Below, in pieces: positions 50,119 through 60,656 of a stretch of DNA of 64,000 nt (positions are counted from its first letter, which is position 1; every line of letters starts with the position of its first letter). Below the pieces are notes generated by a model. That model was not told the origin of the DNA. It did no database searches and saw only the letters and a list, made by a program, of their open reading frames with translations. Where the stretch lies: contig OZ244937.1 of assembly GCA_965222075.1 (NCBI GenBank), forward strand, positions 1,408,001-1,472,000, written 5' to 3'. The DNA is from Candidatus Latescibacterota bacterium. GTDB taxonomy: Bacteria; Latescibacterota; UBA2968; GCA-2709665. The position numbers were made by a program, and so were the translations under genes.

Positions 50119-50937
50119 TCACCCGCTCCGCTTGAGCCTCCCCGTTCGCTTCGCATAGACCTCGGCAAGGTGGAACACCCACAATCCCAGCGGAATCAGG
50201 ATCGCCCCGGTAATCACCAGAATCACCAGGTCTCCCCCCACCTCGGCCAGAGAGGCATTCTGAAGCAGCGCCTTTCGGATGGACCGCAGCGCATAGGTCC
50301 CCGGCGAATAGGTCGACAGCGGGCGCAGCCAGTCCGGCAGCACCGACACGTCATAATAGACCCCGGATATCAGCAGCACCAGCGTCCCGAAGATATCGCT
50401 TGCGCGGGCGCCCTTTTCCGGGGACAGGAGCGGGAACACCGCCGCCATCAGCCCCATCCCCAAAAAGGAGAGGCTGCCCGCGGCCAGCACCACGGCGGCC
50501 GTCTGCAGGTTGGCGTCCGCCAGACTCAGAGCGAAAAAGAATACCACGGCCAGCAGCACGATCCCCGCCCGGATAAACCCGTAGAGGACCGCATACAGAC
50601 ACTGCCCCACCAGGTGCGTCAACCGGTAGACCGGGGCCATAAAAGTATACTCGATCGTCCCCTCCCAGCGCTCCCAGGCCACCGATTCGGCCACCTCGTA
50701 AAAGAGCAGCCGGAGAAAATTCCACAGCACCGCACCCACAATCAGAAAAAGCACACTCTGGCGCACCTTCACCGGATCGTCTCCCCCCATGTAGACCCCG
50801 ATCAGCCCGATGGTGAGCACGTGCACCACGTTCCAGAGCACAAAAATGACCTCCCAGCTCGCGTAGCGGCGGGCCAGATTGAAATTCCGCTCCACAAACG
50901 CAACGGAGGCCTTCATTTCTCCTATCACAGAATTCAT
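50119..50937 (-). CDS. ABC-2 type permease
   Basis: Six TM pattern; ERWEGTIE, SGVYY...LPDWL. Confidence 0.88.
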   Translation of the reverse strand: MNSVIGEMKASVAFVERNFNLARRYASWEVIFVLWNVVHVLTIGLIGVYMGGDDPVKVRQSVLFLIVGAVLWNFLRLLFYEVAESVAWERWEGTIEYTFMAPVYRLTHLVGQCLYAVLYGFIRAGIVLLAVVFFFALSLADANLQTAAVVLAAGSLSFLGMGLMAAVFPLLSPEKGARASDIFGTLVLLISGVYYDVSVLPDWLRPLSTYSPGTYALRSIRKALLQNASLAEVGGDLVILVITGAILIPLGLWVFHLAEVYAKRTGRLKRSG

Positions 50938-51797
50938 TCTCCGCCTCCCCCTTCGGCTTCGTCCTCTAAGTCGGCATGGGCCAGGTCCTTGCCGGTCATC
51001 TTGAAAAATACGTCCTCCAGGGACCCACCCTCGCAGCCGGCGTGGATCTTGAGCTCCTCTACTGTTCCCATCGCAATAAACCGCCCGTGGTGAATAATGG
51101 CCACCCGGTCGCAGACCCGCTCGGCCTCGTCCATATCGTGGGTGGTCAGCAGCACCGTGGCGTCGTTCTTTTGTCTGATGTGCAGGATATAGTCCTGCAC
51201 CTGCCGCTTGGACACCGGATCCAGCCCCGTAGTCGGCTCGTCCATCAACAGCAGCACCGGCCGGGTAAACAGCGCCCGGGCCACGGCCACCTTCTGCTGC
51301 ATCCCCCGCGAGAGGTCCTCTAAGGGCTGATCCATCCGGTCCGACCCAAACCCCATCTCCCCCAGAATCTCCTCCACGCGCCGCCTGGCCTCCCGTATCG
51401 GCACCCCGTAGAGCCGGGCCGCGTAGCTCATATTCTCCCAGGCGGAGAGCTTCTTAAAAAAGGCCGCATCCACCGACACCCGGTTGATGTGGCGCCGCAC
51501 GGGCATAGCATCCTTCACCACGTCCATCCCGAAAATCCTGGCCTCGCCCGCGTCGTGAAACACCAGGGTCGAAAGAATCCGAACAAGGGTCGATTTCCCC
51601 GACCCATTGGGGCCCAGAACGCTGAAAATCTCGCCCCTGGGCACCTCGAAGCTCACTTCATCCACAGCGTAGACGGGCTTGCGCGTCGGGCGCAGCCTGC
51701 GCCAGAAACCGTTGCGCCCCTCCCGCTTCATCCGCACCGAAAACACCTTGCTGACCCCCTGGCAGAAAATGGCAGGGGCGCTCAAGTCGATATCCAA
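50934..51797 (-). CDS. ABC transporter ATP-binding protein
   Basis: GPNGSGKST, LSRGMQQ, DEPTTGLD, TTH. Confidence 0.92.
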   Translation of the reverse strand: MDIDLSAPAIFCQGVSKVFSVRMKREGRNGFWRRLRPTRKPVYAVDEVSFEVPRGEIFSVLGPNGSGKSTLVRILSTLVFHDAGEARIFGMDVVKDAMPVRRHINRVSVDAAFFKKLSAWENMSYAARLYGVPIREARRRVEEILGEMGFGSDRMDQPLEDLSRGMQQKVAVARALFTRPVLLLMDEPTTGLDPVSKRQVQDYILHIRQKNDATVLLTTHDMDEAERVCDRVAIIHHGRFIAMGTVEELKIHAGCEGGSLEDVFFKMTGKDLAHADLEDEAEGGGGE

Positions 51798-51876
51798 CGT
51801 GTCATTCCTCCAGTTCGTAAAAAAGAGGATGCGCCTTGCCGGCGCAACCCCTTCCCATTCATCTCCATCGCGTGGC

Positions 51877-52323
51877 TCAGACTCCAGCCTTCTTTTTCAG
51901 TCCCTGGTAGGAATTCTCTTCGGTCACCTCGGCCGATACCGGCAGCCCCGAATCCCGCCAGCCAGGCACCTCAACCCTCCCCGTGCCCGGGTTCACCCTG
52001 CCCCCAAACCCGCCCTGCACGTTCACAGGTCTTGTATACCCCGCCCCTTTCAGGATCTCTGCGGCCATCTGCGACCGGATGCCCGCCTGGCAACCGCAGT
52101 AAATCGGCTTCTCAGGGGGCAAAATCTTCTCTACGACCGCCAGAAAGTCAGGATTGGGCGCCATCCCTCCGCCTGGATTGGGAATGGCCACCGGTATATT
52201 GATGGCCCCCTCCGGGTGGCCCTGCGCAAATTCCATTTCGGTGCGCACGTCTAAATAGACCACTTCCGGATCGGCGTCCAGCGCCGCCTTGGCATCGGGG
52301 GGGGTTACCTGATCGATCGCCAT
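51877..52323 (-). CDS. Rhodanese-like sulfurtransferase
   Basis: LDVRT..EF..GHPEGAINIP, CQAGIRS. Confidence 0.9.
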   Translation of the reverse strand: MAIDQVTPPDAKAALDADPEVVYLDVRTEMEFAQGHPEGAINIPVAIPNPGGGMAPNPDFLAVVEKILPPEKPIYCGCQAGIRSQMAAEILKGAGYTRPVNVQGGFGGRVNPGTGRVEVPGWRDSGLPVSAEVTEENSYQGLKKKAGV

Positions 52324-52485
52324 AGTACCCTCTTTTATTGATGAAACGGTTTGACGTCACACGAATATCCATACCGCTTAATATATCCAAAAGCGCAAAT
52401 CTGTCCAGAAGATTTATGACCGTGACCGGCGCCGTTCGCACTTACCCCTCAGGCTCCTTACGCCTGCTCGAAGTATGACGTAAAG

Positions 52486-52527
52486 AAAAAAACGGCCAGC
52501 GATTGAACCCTCAACCGCTGGCCGTTC
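52486..52527 (-). terminator. Intrinsic terminator, homologous to 42398-42437
   Basis: aaaaaaacggccagcgattga-accc-tcaaccgctggccgtt. Confidence 0.8.
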
Positions 52528-52575
52528 AGGTTCCCAGCGCTTCTCCTACCTGCCGCCCCAGGGCCTCACCACCAG

Positions 52576-54882
52576 TCACGTCTTCCCGTTCCCACCCTTG
52601 CCGTTCTCGGACCAGAGGGCCTTCAAAATCCGTCCCGGAGACATTGGCAGTTCGTTCATCCGCACCCCGACTGCCCGGTAGATCGCATTGGCAACCGCCG
52701 CCAGCGGCGGTATAATGGACGCCTCACCCACCCCTCGCGCCCCGTAGGGGTGGCCCGGATTGGGCACCTCCACAATCACCGTTTCGATCATCGGCAGGTC
52801 CAGGCAGGTCGGCATCCGGTAATCCAGCAGGCTGGCGTTGGTCAGTTCCCCTTTCTCGTTGTAGATATACTCCTCGTTCAGCGCCCACCCGATGCCCTGC
52901 GCCATCCCGCCCTGCATCTGCCCTTCCACATAGCTTGGATAGATCGCCTTCCCTGCGTCCTGGATCATAGTCGCACGCAGGATATCCACCTTACCGGTCT
53001 CCGGATCGACTTCTACGTCCACAATCGCCTGGGTAAAAGACGCGCCCGCACCCCTGGGTTTCACGCTTGCACGCCCCATCACAGGTCCACCTGTCTCATC
53101 AAGTTTCCCCGCCATCTCTTTGAACATCAGGAATTTGGATGGATCGGACCTGGACTGAAAGACCCCATTTTCAAATTCCACATCGTCCTCGGAAATCTCC
53201 CAATAGAGGGCCGCCCTCTCGATCATCTGGCGCTCGACATCCTGCGCCGCCTCGTAGGACGCCCAGCCGGTGGCGAAGGCGGTGCGGCTGCCCCCCGTGT
53301 TGCCGGTATACGCGATCGCGTCGGTATCGGGCACGCTCGGTTTCACATCCTCCGCAGGGATGCCCAGCACCTCGGCAAGCTGCAATGCGCAGGCCGTCCG
53401 GGTGCCGCCGATGTCCACCGAGCCCTCCACCAGACTCACCGTCCCGTCGGCATTCACGCTCGCACAGGCGCTTGAAATACCCCCCCCGTTGCCCCAGAAC
53501 CCCGACGCCACCCCCCGGCCCCGGTTCGCTCCCTCCAGCGGGGTCTGGTAGTGGTCGCTTTCCATCGCCGCCTCCAAAACCTCCTCGTGCCCGACCCGGG
53601 GATAGACCGGCCCATCGGCCCGCCGTGTGCCCTCCTTCGCCGAATTTTTGAGCCGGAACGCCAGTGGGTCCATCCCCAGTTGCTCACAGAGTTCGTCGAT
53701 CACCGTCTCCGACGCAAACGCGGCATTGCTCACCCCGGGGGCCCGGTAGGCCGAGGTGGACGGCTTGTTGACCACCGCCTCATAGGCATCGATAAACACA
53801 TTCTCGATCGTGTAGGGGGCAAACATACAGCGTGCCCCGGCGCCCACCGGGCACCCGGGAAAGGCCCCCGCCTCATAGGCCAGGTAGGCGTATGCCGCAA
53901 CCAGCTTCCCCTCCCTGGTGGCCCCTATCTTCACCCGAATATACGACCCCGACGTAGGTCCGGTTGCTTGCAGCACCTCCGTTCGGGACATCACCAGCTT
54001 TACGGGATGTCCCGTCTGTTTGGAGAGCAACGCGGCCAGAGGCTCCAGATACACCTTGATCTTCCCGCCAAACCCGCCGCCGATCTCGGCCGGAACCACC
54101 CGGACTTTAGAGACCGACATATCGAAGAGCCTGGCTACCTGGTCCCGCACGCCAAACGCCCCCTGGTTGCTGCACCAGATGGTGAGGTGGCCGTCCGGGT
54201 TCCACAGCGCCGTGGCGTTCTGGGGCTCGATATACCCCTGGTGGACCATCCCGGTCTTAAACTCGTGTTCAACCACCACGTCCGCCTCTTCAAACCCCAC
54301 CTCTATATCGCCCAGTTTGTGCTGAAACTGCTGGGAAATATTGCTCACCTTCTCGGTCTCGGTACCCAGCGATCTGGTCGTCTGGTCTCCATGCAGGAGC
54401 GGCGCGCCGTCCGCCATCGCCTCTCGCACGTCCAGCACCGGTTCGAGAACCTCGTAGTCCACCTTGATCGATTCCAGCGCCTCTTCGGCCACGTGAGGAT
54501 TGATGGCCGCTACCGCCGCCACCGGGAACCCCTGGTAGAGCACCTTGTCGGTGGCCAGCACGGCGGCGAAGAGATGCTTCAGCCGGACAATCTCTTCACC
54601 CAGGTCCTCCACCTTGTCTTCGAAGGCGCGAATGAAATCCTGCCCCGTAATCACGGCCTTGACTCCCGGATGGGCCTCCGCGCGGCTGGTGTCAATCGAT
54701 TTGATCCGGGCATGCGCATGGGGGCTTCTCAACACCTTCCCGTGCAGCAGCCCCGCCATTTGCACGTCCGCCCCGTAGATCGCCCGCCCCGTCACCTTAT
54801 CCATGCCGTCGTGTCGAATCGGACGGGTCCCAACAACCTTGTAGTCTTCAATCCCCAGATACGCTTGGGCCTTCGTCGCCAT
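52576..54882 (-). CDS. Xanthine dehydrogenase family Mo-binding subunit (paralog 3, stand-alone)
   Basis: Same motif set; start MATKAQ after GGAGG. Confidence 0.93.
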   Translation of the reverse strand: MATKAQAYLGIEDYKVVGTRPIRHDGMDKVTGRAIYGADVQMAGLLHGKVLRSPHAHARIKSIDTSRAEAHPGVKAVITGQDFIRAFEDKVEDLGEEIVRLKHLFAAVLATDKVLYQGFPVAAVAAINPHVAEEALESIKVDYEVLEPVLDVREAMADGAPLLHGDQTTRSLGTETEKVSNISQQFQHKLGDIEVGFEEADVVVEHEFKTGMVHQGYIEPQNATALWNPDGHLTIWCSNQGAFGVRDQVARLFDMSVSKVRVVPAEIGGGFGGKIKVYLEPLAALLSKQTGHPVKLVMSRTEVLQATGPTSGSYIRVKIGATREGKLVAAYAYLAYEAGAFPGCPVGAGARCMFAPYTIENVFIDAYEAVVNKPSTSAYRAPGVSNAAFASETVIDELCEQLGMDPLAFRLKNSAKEGTRRADGPVYPRVGHEEVLEAAMESDHYQTPLEGANRGRGVASGFWGNGGGISSACASVNADGTVSLVEGSVDIGGTRTACALQLAEVLGIPAEDVKPSVPDTDAIAYTGNTGGSRTAFATGWASYEAAQDVERQMIERAALYWEISEDDVEFENGVFQSRSDPSKFLMFKEMAGKLDETGGPVMGRASVKPRGAGASFTQAIVDVEVDPETGKVDILRATMIQDAGKAIYPSYVEGQMQGGMAQGIGWALNEEYIYNEKGELTNASLLDYRMPTCLDLPMIETVIVEVPNPGHPYGARGVGEASIIPPLAAVANAIYRAVGVRMNELPMSPGRILKALWSENGKGGNGKT

Positions 54883-54987
54883 GGTGTTTTTCCTCCGTAA
54901 CGAGCGCTTTTTCGACACGGTTGGAGACCATCTCGACCTTGTAATGCAGGAAACGCCAACCCCACGAGCGGGCCGTCATATCCCGGT

Positions 54988-55221
54988 TCAGAGCCCCTGA
55001 TCCGGTTTCTGACGTTTTGCCCACCTCCCGTAAGCCCTCCAGTCGATCACTTCGCTCTCTCCATTACACCGGAGAATGCCACAGGCCAGGTATTCCTTCA
55101 CCCTGTCGGTTATTGCATCTGTGGGAATGTCTAAATACTTTGCGGCAACAGATTCTCCCAGACCGGTCTCAAGCAACTTGAGCAAAGCCCGGTCGTCGAT
55201 CGCTACAGGGCGTCCAGACAT
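54988..55221 (-). CDS. Small hypothetical protein (possible HTH/wHTH)
   Basis: 77-aa ORF with a helical pattern (AAKYLDIP..I..RV..Y...GIL). Confidence 0.5.
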   Translation of the reverse strand: MSGRPVAIDDRALLKLLETGLGESVAAKYLDIPTDAITDRVKEYLACGILRCNGESEVIDWRAYGRWAKRQKPDQGL

Positions 55222-55350
55222 AGGCTAACCCCCGGGGGACGAGGCAACGACGATTAGGAAAACAGACGGGGGAGAAACTGGGAAAATGCTACGGTGAAAG
55301 ACAAGAAACGAAAAAAACAGGCCAAACGCCAGCAGAATTTGAAGCGGCGA

Positions 55351-55386
55351 GGCAGGCGCAGGCAGGCGCAGGCAGGCGCAGGCAGG
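55351..55386. repeat. Tandem 10-bp repeat (GGCAGGCGCA)x3.6
   Basis: Read directly; built from the CAGGCAGG arm of the palindrome family. Confidence 0.85.
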
Positions 55387-55529
55387 TAACCCTGCGATTT
55401 GTCTACCCTGGAAGAACCAGCGGGGGATGACCTATCGTGAGATTACACAAACGATCTTGCAGGGAGAGGTCGTTGATCAGAGCCCGAATGCTTCCCCCCA
55501 CCCTGGCCGATCCCGGTTCAAAATCATCG

Positions 55530-55572
55530 AAAAAAGAACCCCCTGCAAGCAGTTGTTCTTGCAGGGGGTTCT
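55530..55572 (-). terminator. Intrinsic terminator after tRNA-Pro(CGG)
   Basis: agaaccccctgcaag...cttgcagggggttct with a U-tract on the minus strand. Confidence 0.85.
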
Positions 55573-55575
55573 CAA

Positions 55576-55652
55576 TGGTCGGGGCGAGAGGATTTGAACC
55601 TCCGGCCTCCTGCTCCCGAAGCAGGCGCTCTACCGGACTGAGCCACGCCCCG
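55576..55652 (-). tRNA. tRNA-Pro(CGG)
   Basis: CGGGGCG acceptor stem, CCTGC-TTCGGGA-GCAGG anticodon arm, GGTTCAAATCC T-arm, encoded CCA. Confidence 0.96.
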
Positions 55653-55735
55653 ACAATCTCGATTTGACACTTAGAATCTGGAAACCCGGGTCGGGAGAAT
55701 ACAAATATAGCAATTTCTTAAGCCGGAAGCAAACA

Positions 55736-56323
55736 TCAACGGTTCAGGGCCAGCTTAACAACCACAGCCCCCAGCACAAGCAGAACCACAAAAACCACGA
55801 ACAGGATATTAAGATAGCGGTCGATAAAGGTCTTAATCGCAGGACCAAAAGCGGAGATCATCCCCCCTACCAGGAAGAACCGTCCCGACCGGCCCAGCAG
55901 GGAAGCGGATACGAGCGTGGCAAAGGGGATCTGAAAGACCCCCGCGGCAATTGCAAAAACCTTGTAAGGAACCGGCGTAAATCCTGCAATCGCAATGGCC
56001 CAAAAAGCGTTCTCCCGATATTGCCCGCCCACATAGTCGAACTGCTCAGTGACGCCGTAAAACTCGATAATCCAGTGCCCCACCAGTTCGTAGGACTCCA
56101 GCCCGATCACATAGCCAATTATCCCGCCGATCACCGACCCCACCGAACAGACCGCCGCGTAAAAGAGGGCGCGTTGGGGCAGTGAGATCGCCAGGGCGAT
56201 CAACAACACATCCGGCGGAACCGGAAAAAATGACGACTCCGCAAGTGCAAGCAGAAAAAGCGCGGGCGTAGCGTAGCGGCTCTCAGCCCACCCCATCACC
56301 CAGTCGTAGAGTCGCTTCAGCAT
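55736..56323 (-). CDS. YqaA/DedA (SNARE-associated) membrane protein
   Basis: [25 protein letters not shown]. Confidence 0.9.
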   Translation of the reverse strand: MLKRLYDWVMGWAESRYATPALFLLALAESSFFPVPPDVLLIALAISLPQRALFYAAVCSVGSVIGGIIGYVIGLESYELVGHWIIEFYGVTEQFDYVGGQYRENAFWAIAIAGFTPVPYKVFAIAAGVFQIPFATLVSASLLGRSGRFFLVGGMISAFGPAIKTFIDRYLNILFVVFVVLLVLGAVVVKLALNR

Positions 56324-56447
56324 CCCCGACCCTATCCGGCCTCGCTGCTGGACGCGTAACATAGCAAATTGGTCCCCACCTCCAAAACCAAACAGCAAAA
56401 CGGACAGAAGGCCGATCTTTCAAATCCTCCTGCCCGTTTTGCTCTTA

Positions 56448-56524
<77 letters not shown>

Positions 56525-56675
56525 ACATCAAAATATCCGCCCCTGACTTGTCGTTCCAGGTTTTGTTGCCAAGACAACGGTGGTTCTTGACCACAAGAGA
56601 TCGATGCATCAGATTTAATAAAAATAAGCCCAAACGCCCCAAAAGTCAATACCCAACCCCCCAGCCCCGGGCCTG

Positions 56676-58043
56676 TCAATCCACAGAGTTGCCGTAATAC
56701 CGAGAGCTGTAGTACATGCCGGCCAGGATCTTGATCAGGATATTCAAAACGGCCGCCACCGGGATTGCGATGACCATCCCCACAAACCCCCAGAAATGGG
56801 CCGAGACCACAAGCGCAAACATCACCCAGGCCGGATGCAGCCCAACCCGCTGCCCCACCACCCTGGGAGAGAGAAAATTACCCTCGATACCCTGCACCAC
56901 CACGAAAACACCGATCACCTTCAGTAGATTGGCAAAAGGGTCGGCGTCCAGAAGCGCAACCAGAGAGGCCACCCCCAGAGAAACGGCCAGACCAACGTAG
57001 GGAACCAGGTTGGAAATCCCGGCCATGAGGCCCAGAAGAACCGCGTACCGGATGCCGAGTAAGCCCAGCCCCAGAGAGGTCAAAGCCGCAATAAACCCGC
57101 AAACCAGGATCTGCCCACGCACATATTGACCCAGAACAATATCCACCCCCTTCAGAATCCCGACCATCATGTCGACATGGTGCCGGGGCAGGATATCCTG
57201 CAGGGCCTGTTTGATGCGCTCATAATCTTTTAACACGTAGAAGGTGACAAACGGGATTATCAGCAGGTTTAAAAGGGCCGCAAGCCCCGAGGTCAATCCT
57301 TTGAGGGCGGCCGTCGTCTGGTCGGCAAAGATCTGCCCCACCTGGGGCAGCTGTTCAACAAACCACTTTTGAATCTCACCGGCAGGGATCATATACCCGT
57401 AGAATCGGAGATTGGCCAGCAGACGCTCGTAAGCCCGCTCAATATCAGCCGCGTAAACGGGCAACCGTTGGGCCAGTTCTCTAACTTCATCGATCACCCT
57501 GGGGATCACCACGATCCCGATCCCCGACAGAACGCCCAGGACAAACAGAACGATGACGCCAATGGCCAGCGTTCGGGAGAGGCGACGTCCTATAACCCCA
57601 ACCAGGGGGGCTAAGAGATAGGCCAGAACAAAGGAAACCACAAATGGCCAGAGCAGACCGGCGACTTCGGATATAAACCATTCCGCAATCAGCAGGGTGG
57701 AAATAACACCGATGCCCACTTCAAACCGGACACCTTTTTGCGTGAGCAGGAGCAGGCCAAAAATCGAAGCGCCAACCAATAAGGGGGAGAGCCCGTCTCG
57801 CAGAAGCAGAACATAGAGCAAGGCCCCCAAAAAGATAAGAACGACCACCCGGAAAAAAAGACGGTCATCCGCCCCGGCAGGACCTGCCGTATCACCGAGC
57901 CGGGCATCGGGTTTGTCGGCGCTGTAACGGTCCGCGGCCTCCTGCCTGGGAGCAGGCGTAGGCATCGCCGAATCGGCCTCTTCTCGCGCCCCACGGCCCT
58001 CCAAAGTCCCCTCCGGGCCGCTGAGATCCCGATGAGATTCCAT
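56676..58043 (-). CDS. AI-2E family transporter
   Basis: LAYLLAP, YVRGQ, VPYVG, EGNFLSP...GLHP, AIPVAA. Confidence 0.9.
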   Translation of the reverse strand: MESHRDLSGPEGTLEGRGAREEADSAMPTPAPRQEAADRYSADKPDARLGDTAGPAGADDRLFFRVVVLIFLGALLYVLLLRDGLSPLLVGASIFGLLLLTQKGVRFEVGIGVISTLLIAEWFISEVAGLLWPFVVSFVLAYLLAPLVGVIGRRLSRTLAIGVIVLFVLGVLSGIGIVVIPRVIDEVRELAQRLPVYAADIERAYERLLANLRFYGYMIPAGEIQKWFVEQLPQVGQIFADQTTAALKGLTSGLAALLNLLIIPFVTFYVLKDYERIKQALQDILPRHHVDMMVGILKGVDIVLGQYVRGQILVCGFIAALTSLGLGLLGIRYAVLLGLMAGISNLVPYVGLAVSLGVASLVALLDADPFANLLKVIGVFVVVQGIEGNFLSPRVVGQRVGLHPAWVMFALVVSAHFWGFVGMVIAIPVAAVLNILIKILAGMYYSSRYYGNSVD

Positions 58044-58050
58044 GTCGCTC

Positions 58051-58971
58051 CTATCTCCCCTTACGTGTACTCAAAAAGCTTTCTGTCTGCTGATCGACAT
58101 CGAAAAACCGGAGAAAATGTCTGGGCCGGGTTGGATTTTCATATTCCCCGATCAGTTCGGGAACGCCGTCTCCATCTACATCGGCGTATCCGATCTTCTG
58201 CCCGAAACCGTCCGGGAAACGCCATTCCACCTGACGGTAAGTGGCATCCACAACAAACCCGGTATTCAAAACGATCTCTAAAATGCCATCGTCGTCCAGG
58301 TCACCCACGATAATACTGCGTGCAGAAAGACCCGGTTCGCTCTCCCACTCCAAAAAAAGGTGCTTGCAATCGTAGACATACAGGCGGGAAATCTCGGCCT
58401 CCCGCTGCCGCTCCGCCTCTTCCTGGCTCTCCCCTCTCACGCTGGGTTGATAGACCGACACATCGGCCACGGCCTCGCCGCAGAACACCAGTTCAAGTTG
58501 CGGGTCTTCATCCACATTGGTGACAACCATCGCAGAGATCGTGGCGTACTGATCATCGGTACTCCTCCAGATCACCTTGTAGTCGTCGGCTTTGTAAAAG
58601 ACGATATCCCCAAATTCTGAGTAGCCCACAATCTCAAGCTTTCCATCGGCGTCAATATCGGCCACAAAAATCTCTGCAATCGATGACTTAAGGGTCTCAC
58701 TGACCCACTCCTCCTGGAACCGGCCTTCCTTAAACCTCACCGCGTGAATCCGTCCCACGCGATCTCCGTAAATAATCCGGCGGTCGGTCCCATCTTCCGA
58801 GGCAATCACCCGCACGGGGTGCATCTCGTCAACGAACCCGCCAAATGAGATGTCCGGACTCTTTTTCCACCGGTACCATTCCAGCTCCCCGGTTCGGGCC
58901 GAGGGGACAGAAAAAATGGAAACCATCGCAAAAACGAAGACCGCCACAGCAATTCGCATAGTGGACCTCAC
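58051..58971 (-). CDS. Secreted FG-GAP/VCBS repeat protein
   Basis: Signal peptide; DIDADGKLEI, DLDDDGILEI, DVDGDGVPEL. Confidence 0.8.
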   Translation of the reverse strand: MRSTMRIAVAVFVFAMVSIFSVPSARTGELEWYRWKKSPDISFGGFVDEMHPVRVIASEDGTDRRIIYGDRVGRIHAVRFKEGRFQEEWVSETLKSSIAEIFVADIDADGKLEIVGYSEFGDIVFYKADDYKVIWRSTDDQYATISAMVVTNVDEDPQLELVFCGEAVADVSVYQPSVRGESQEEAERQREAEISRLYVYDCKHLFLEWESEPGLSARSIIVGDLDDDGILEIVLNTGFVVDATYRQVEWRFPDGFGQKIGYADVDGDGVPELIGEYENPTRPRHFLRFFDVDQQTESFLSTRKGR

Positions 58972-58986
58972 CGAAAAGATCTAAGA

Positions 58987-59895
58987 TCAGAAAATGCTCA
59001 ACTTAAAATAGCGGGTAGGATCTCTCTTGATATCTTCCAGCAGGCTATTCACCGAAGCCAACGTGCTCTGAAGATCCCTGTAGAGCTGCTCGTCGCTGAC
59101 CAGGCGCCCCAGGGTGCCCTCTCCATTCCGGACCTTCCGCGAGACCTCATTCAGATTTCCCAGCATCTCCTGAAGAGACATGGAGGCAGCCTCCATGTTT
59201 TCCGACATCGCGGCCAGCCGCTCTGTTGTGGTGCGCAGGTCTTCCACGGCCTGCCGCACCTGCTCCCGGTTTTCGTCCAGCATACCCCGCGCCTCGCCGG
59301 AAGCCAGCGCCAGGCTCTCGATCGCTTTTGAAAACGTGGCCCGGTTCTCCTCCAGGATCGTCTTTAACTTGAACGTCGTGCTGTCCATCTGCGTCAGGGC
59401 GTTTTGGATATGGGTGAGGTTGCCTTCGGTGGCGAACTTATCCACTGCCCGATTCAGATCCTGGACCATGTCAGTCGCCCTGGCCGTCAGTTCCTCAAGC
59501 CCCGGGCTCGAGGTCCCGGTCAGGTGCTCGCCATCGGCAAGCACCTGGCTGTCCGAGCCCACCTGGATCTCGATCTCCTTCTCACCGAGCATGCCCTTGC
59601 TCCTTATGGTCAGCTTCGAATCCCGGGGCAGGCCCCGTACCTTTTCAAACCCGAGCGTCACCACCGGACGCCCCTCCCGGATGTCGATGTCCAGCACCTT
59701 CCCGACCTTGACGCCCCGGAGGGTCACCCAGGCGTTTGGGTCAAGCCCCTGAACAGAGTCGAATGTGGCGGTCACCTTGTAGCCCCCCGCAGCTCCGGCG
59801 TAATTCTCTGACAGCCACACAGAGCCCACCACCACAATCGCAAAGGCCACAAAGACGACCGCTCCCAGAACCACCTCACGCTCACGACTTGCCAT
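58987..59895 (-). CDS. MlaD/MCE family protein
   Basis: N-terminal TM, GL...V.LRGVKVGKV, coiled coil, GEGTLGRL. Confidence 0.9.
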   Translation of the reverse strand: MASREREVVLGAVVFVAFAIVVVGSVWLSENYAGAAGGYKVTATFDSVQGLDPNAWVTLRGVKVGKVLDIDIREGRPVVTLGFEKVRGLPRDSKLTIRSKGMLGEKEIEIQVGSDSQVLADGEHLTGTSSPGLEELTARATDMVQDLNRAVDKFATEGNLTHIQNALTQMDSTTFKLKTILEENRATFSKAIESLALASGEARGMLDENREQVRQAVEDLRTTTERLAAMSENMEAASMSLQEMLGNLNEVSRKVRNGEGTLGRLVSDEQLYRDLQSTLASVNSLLEDIKRDPTRYFKLSIF

Positions 59896-60640
59896 GTTCT
59901 CCCCCCAATTGCCCTGCAACAAAACCCTTGAATACCGGATCCTCCCGGATCTCCTCCGGAGCCCCCACCGCTGCTACCCTACCCTTATCGATCAATGCAA
60001 TCCTGTCCGAAACACGAAGGGCCAGCGGGATGTCGTGGGTCACCACAACCGAGGTGATATCCAGATCGTGTTGAAGTTTCAAAATCAGATCGCCCACGAC
60101 ATTGGCCGTATGGGGGTCCAACCCGGTGGTCGGCTCGTCGTAGAGGATAATATTGGGCGACAGGGCAATGGCCCGGGCCAGGGCCGCCCGTTTCCGCATC
60201 CCTCCCGAAAGGTCAACGGGCATCACCCCTTCAACGCCGGGCAGTTCCACCTGCTCCAGACAGACCCGCACCCGCTCGTCAATCTCGGACTCCGACATGG
60301 GGGTATGCATCCGCAGCCCGAAAGCGACGTTTTCTTTCACGTTCATCGAATCGAACAGCGCCGCAGACTGAAACAATACCCCGATGCGCTTTCGGAGCCC
60401 AAACAAATCTCCCTGCTTGATGACATTCATATCGTGTCCGGCCACCATCACACGCCCCTGGTCGGCCTGCAGGATGCCGATGACATGCTTTAGGGTCACA
60501 CTCTTGCCGCAGCCGCTGGGCCCCAGAATCGTGGTCACCTCACCCCAGTGGACCTCTAAGTTCAGCCCCTTCAACACCTGGTTCTCGTCGAACTGCTTGT
60601 ACACCTCTTCAAACCGGATTGCAGGTCCGTTTTGCGCCAT
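59882..60640 (-). CDS. mlaF: MlaF-like ABC ATPase
   Basis: GPSGCGKS, LFQSAALFDS, LSGGMRKR, YDEPTTGLDP. Confidence 0.88.
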   Translation of the reverse strand: MAQNGPAIRFEEVYKQFDENQVLKGLNLEVHWGEVTTILGPSGCGKSVTLKHVIGILQADQGRVMVAGHDMNVIKQGDLFGLRKRIGVLFQSAALFDSMNVKENVAFGLRMHTPMSESEIDERVRVCLEQVELPGVEGVMPVDLSGGMRKRAALARAIALSPNIILYDEPTTGLDPHTANVVGDLILKLQHDLDITSVVVTHDIPLALRVSDRIALIDKGRVAAVGAPEEIREDPVFKGFVAGQLGGEHGKS

Positions 60641-60656
60641 GGCCCGTCTCTATATC

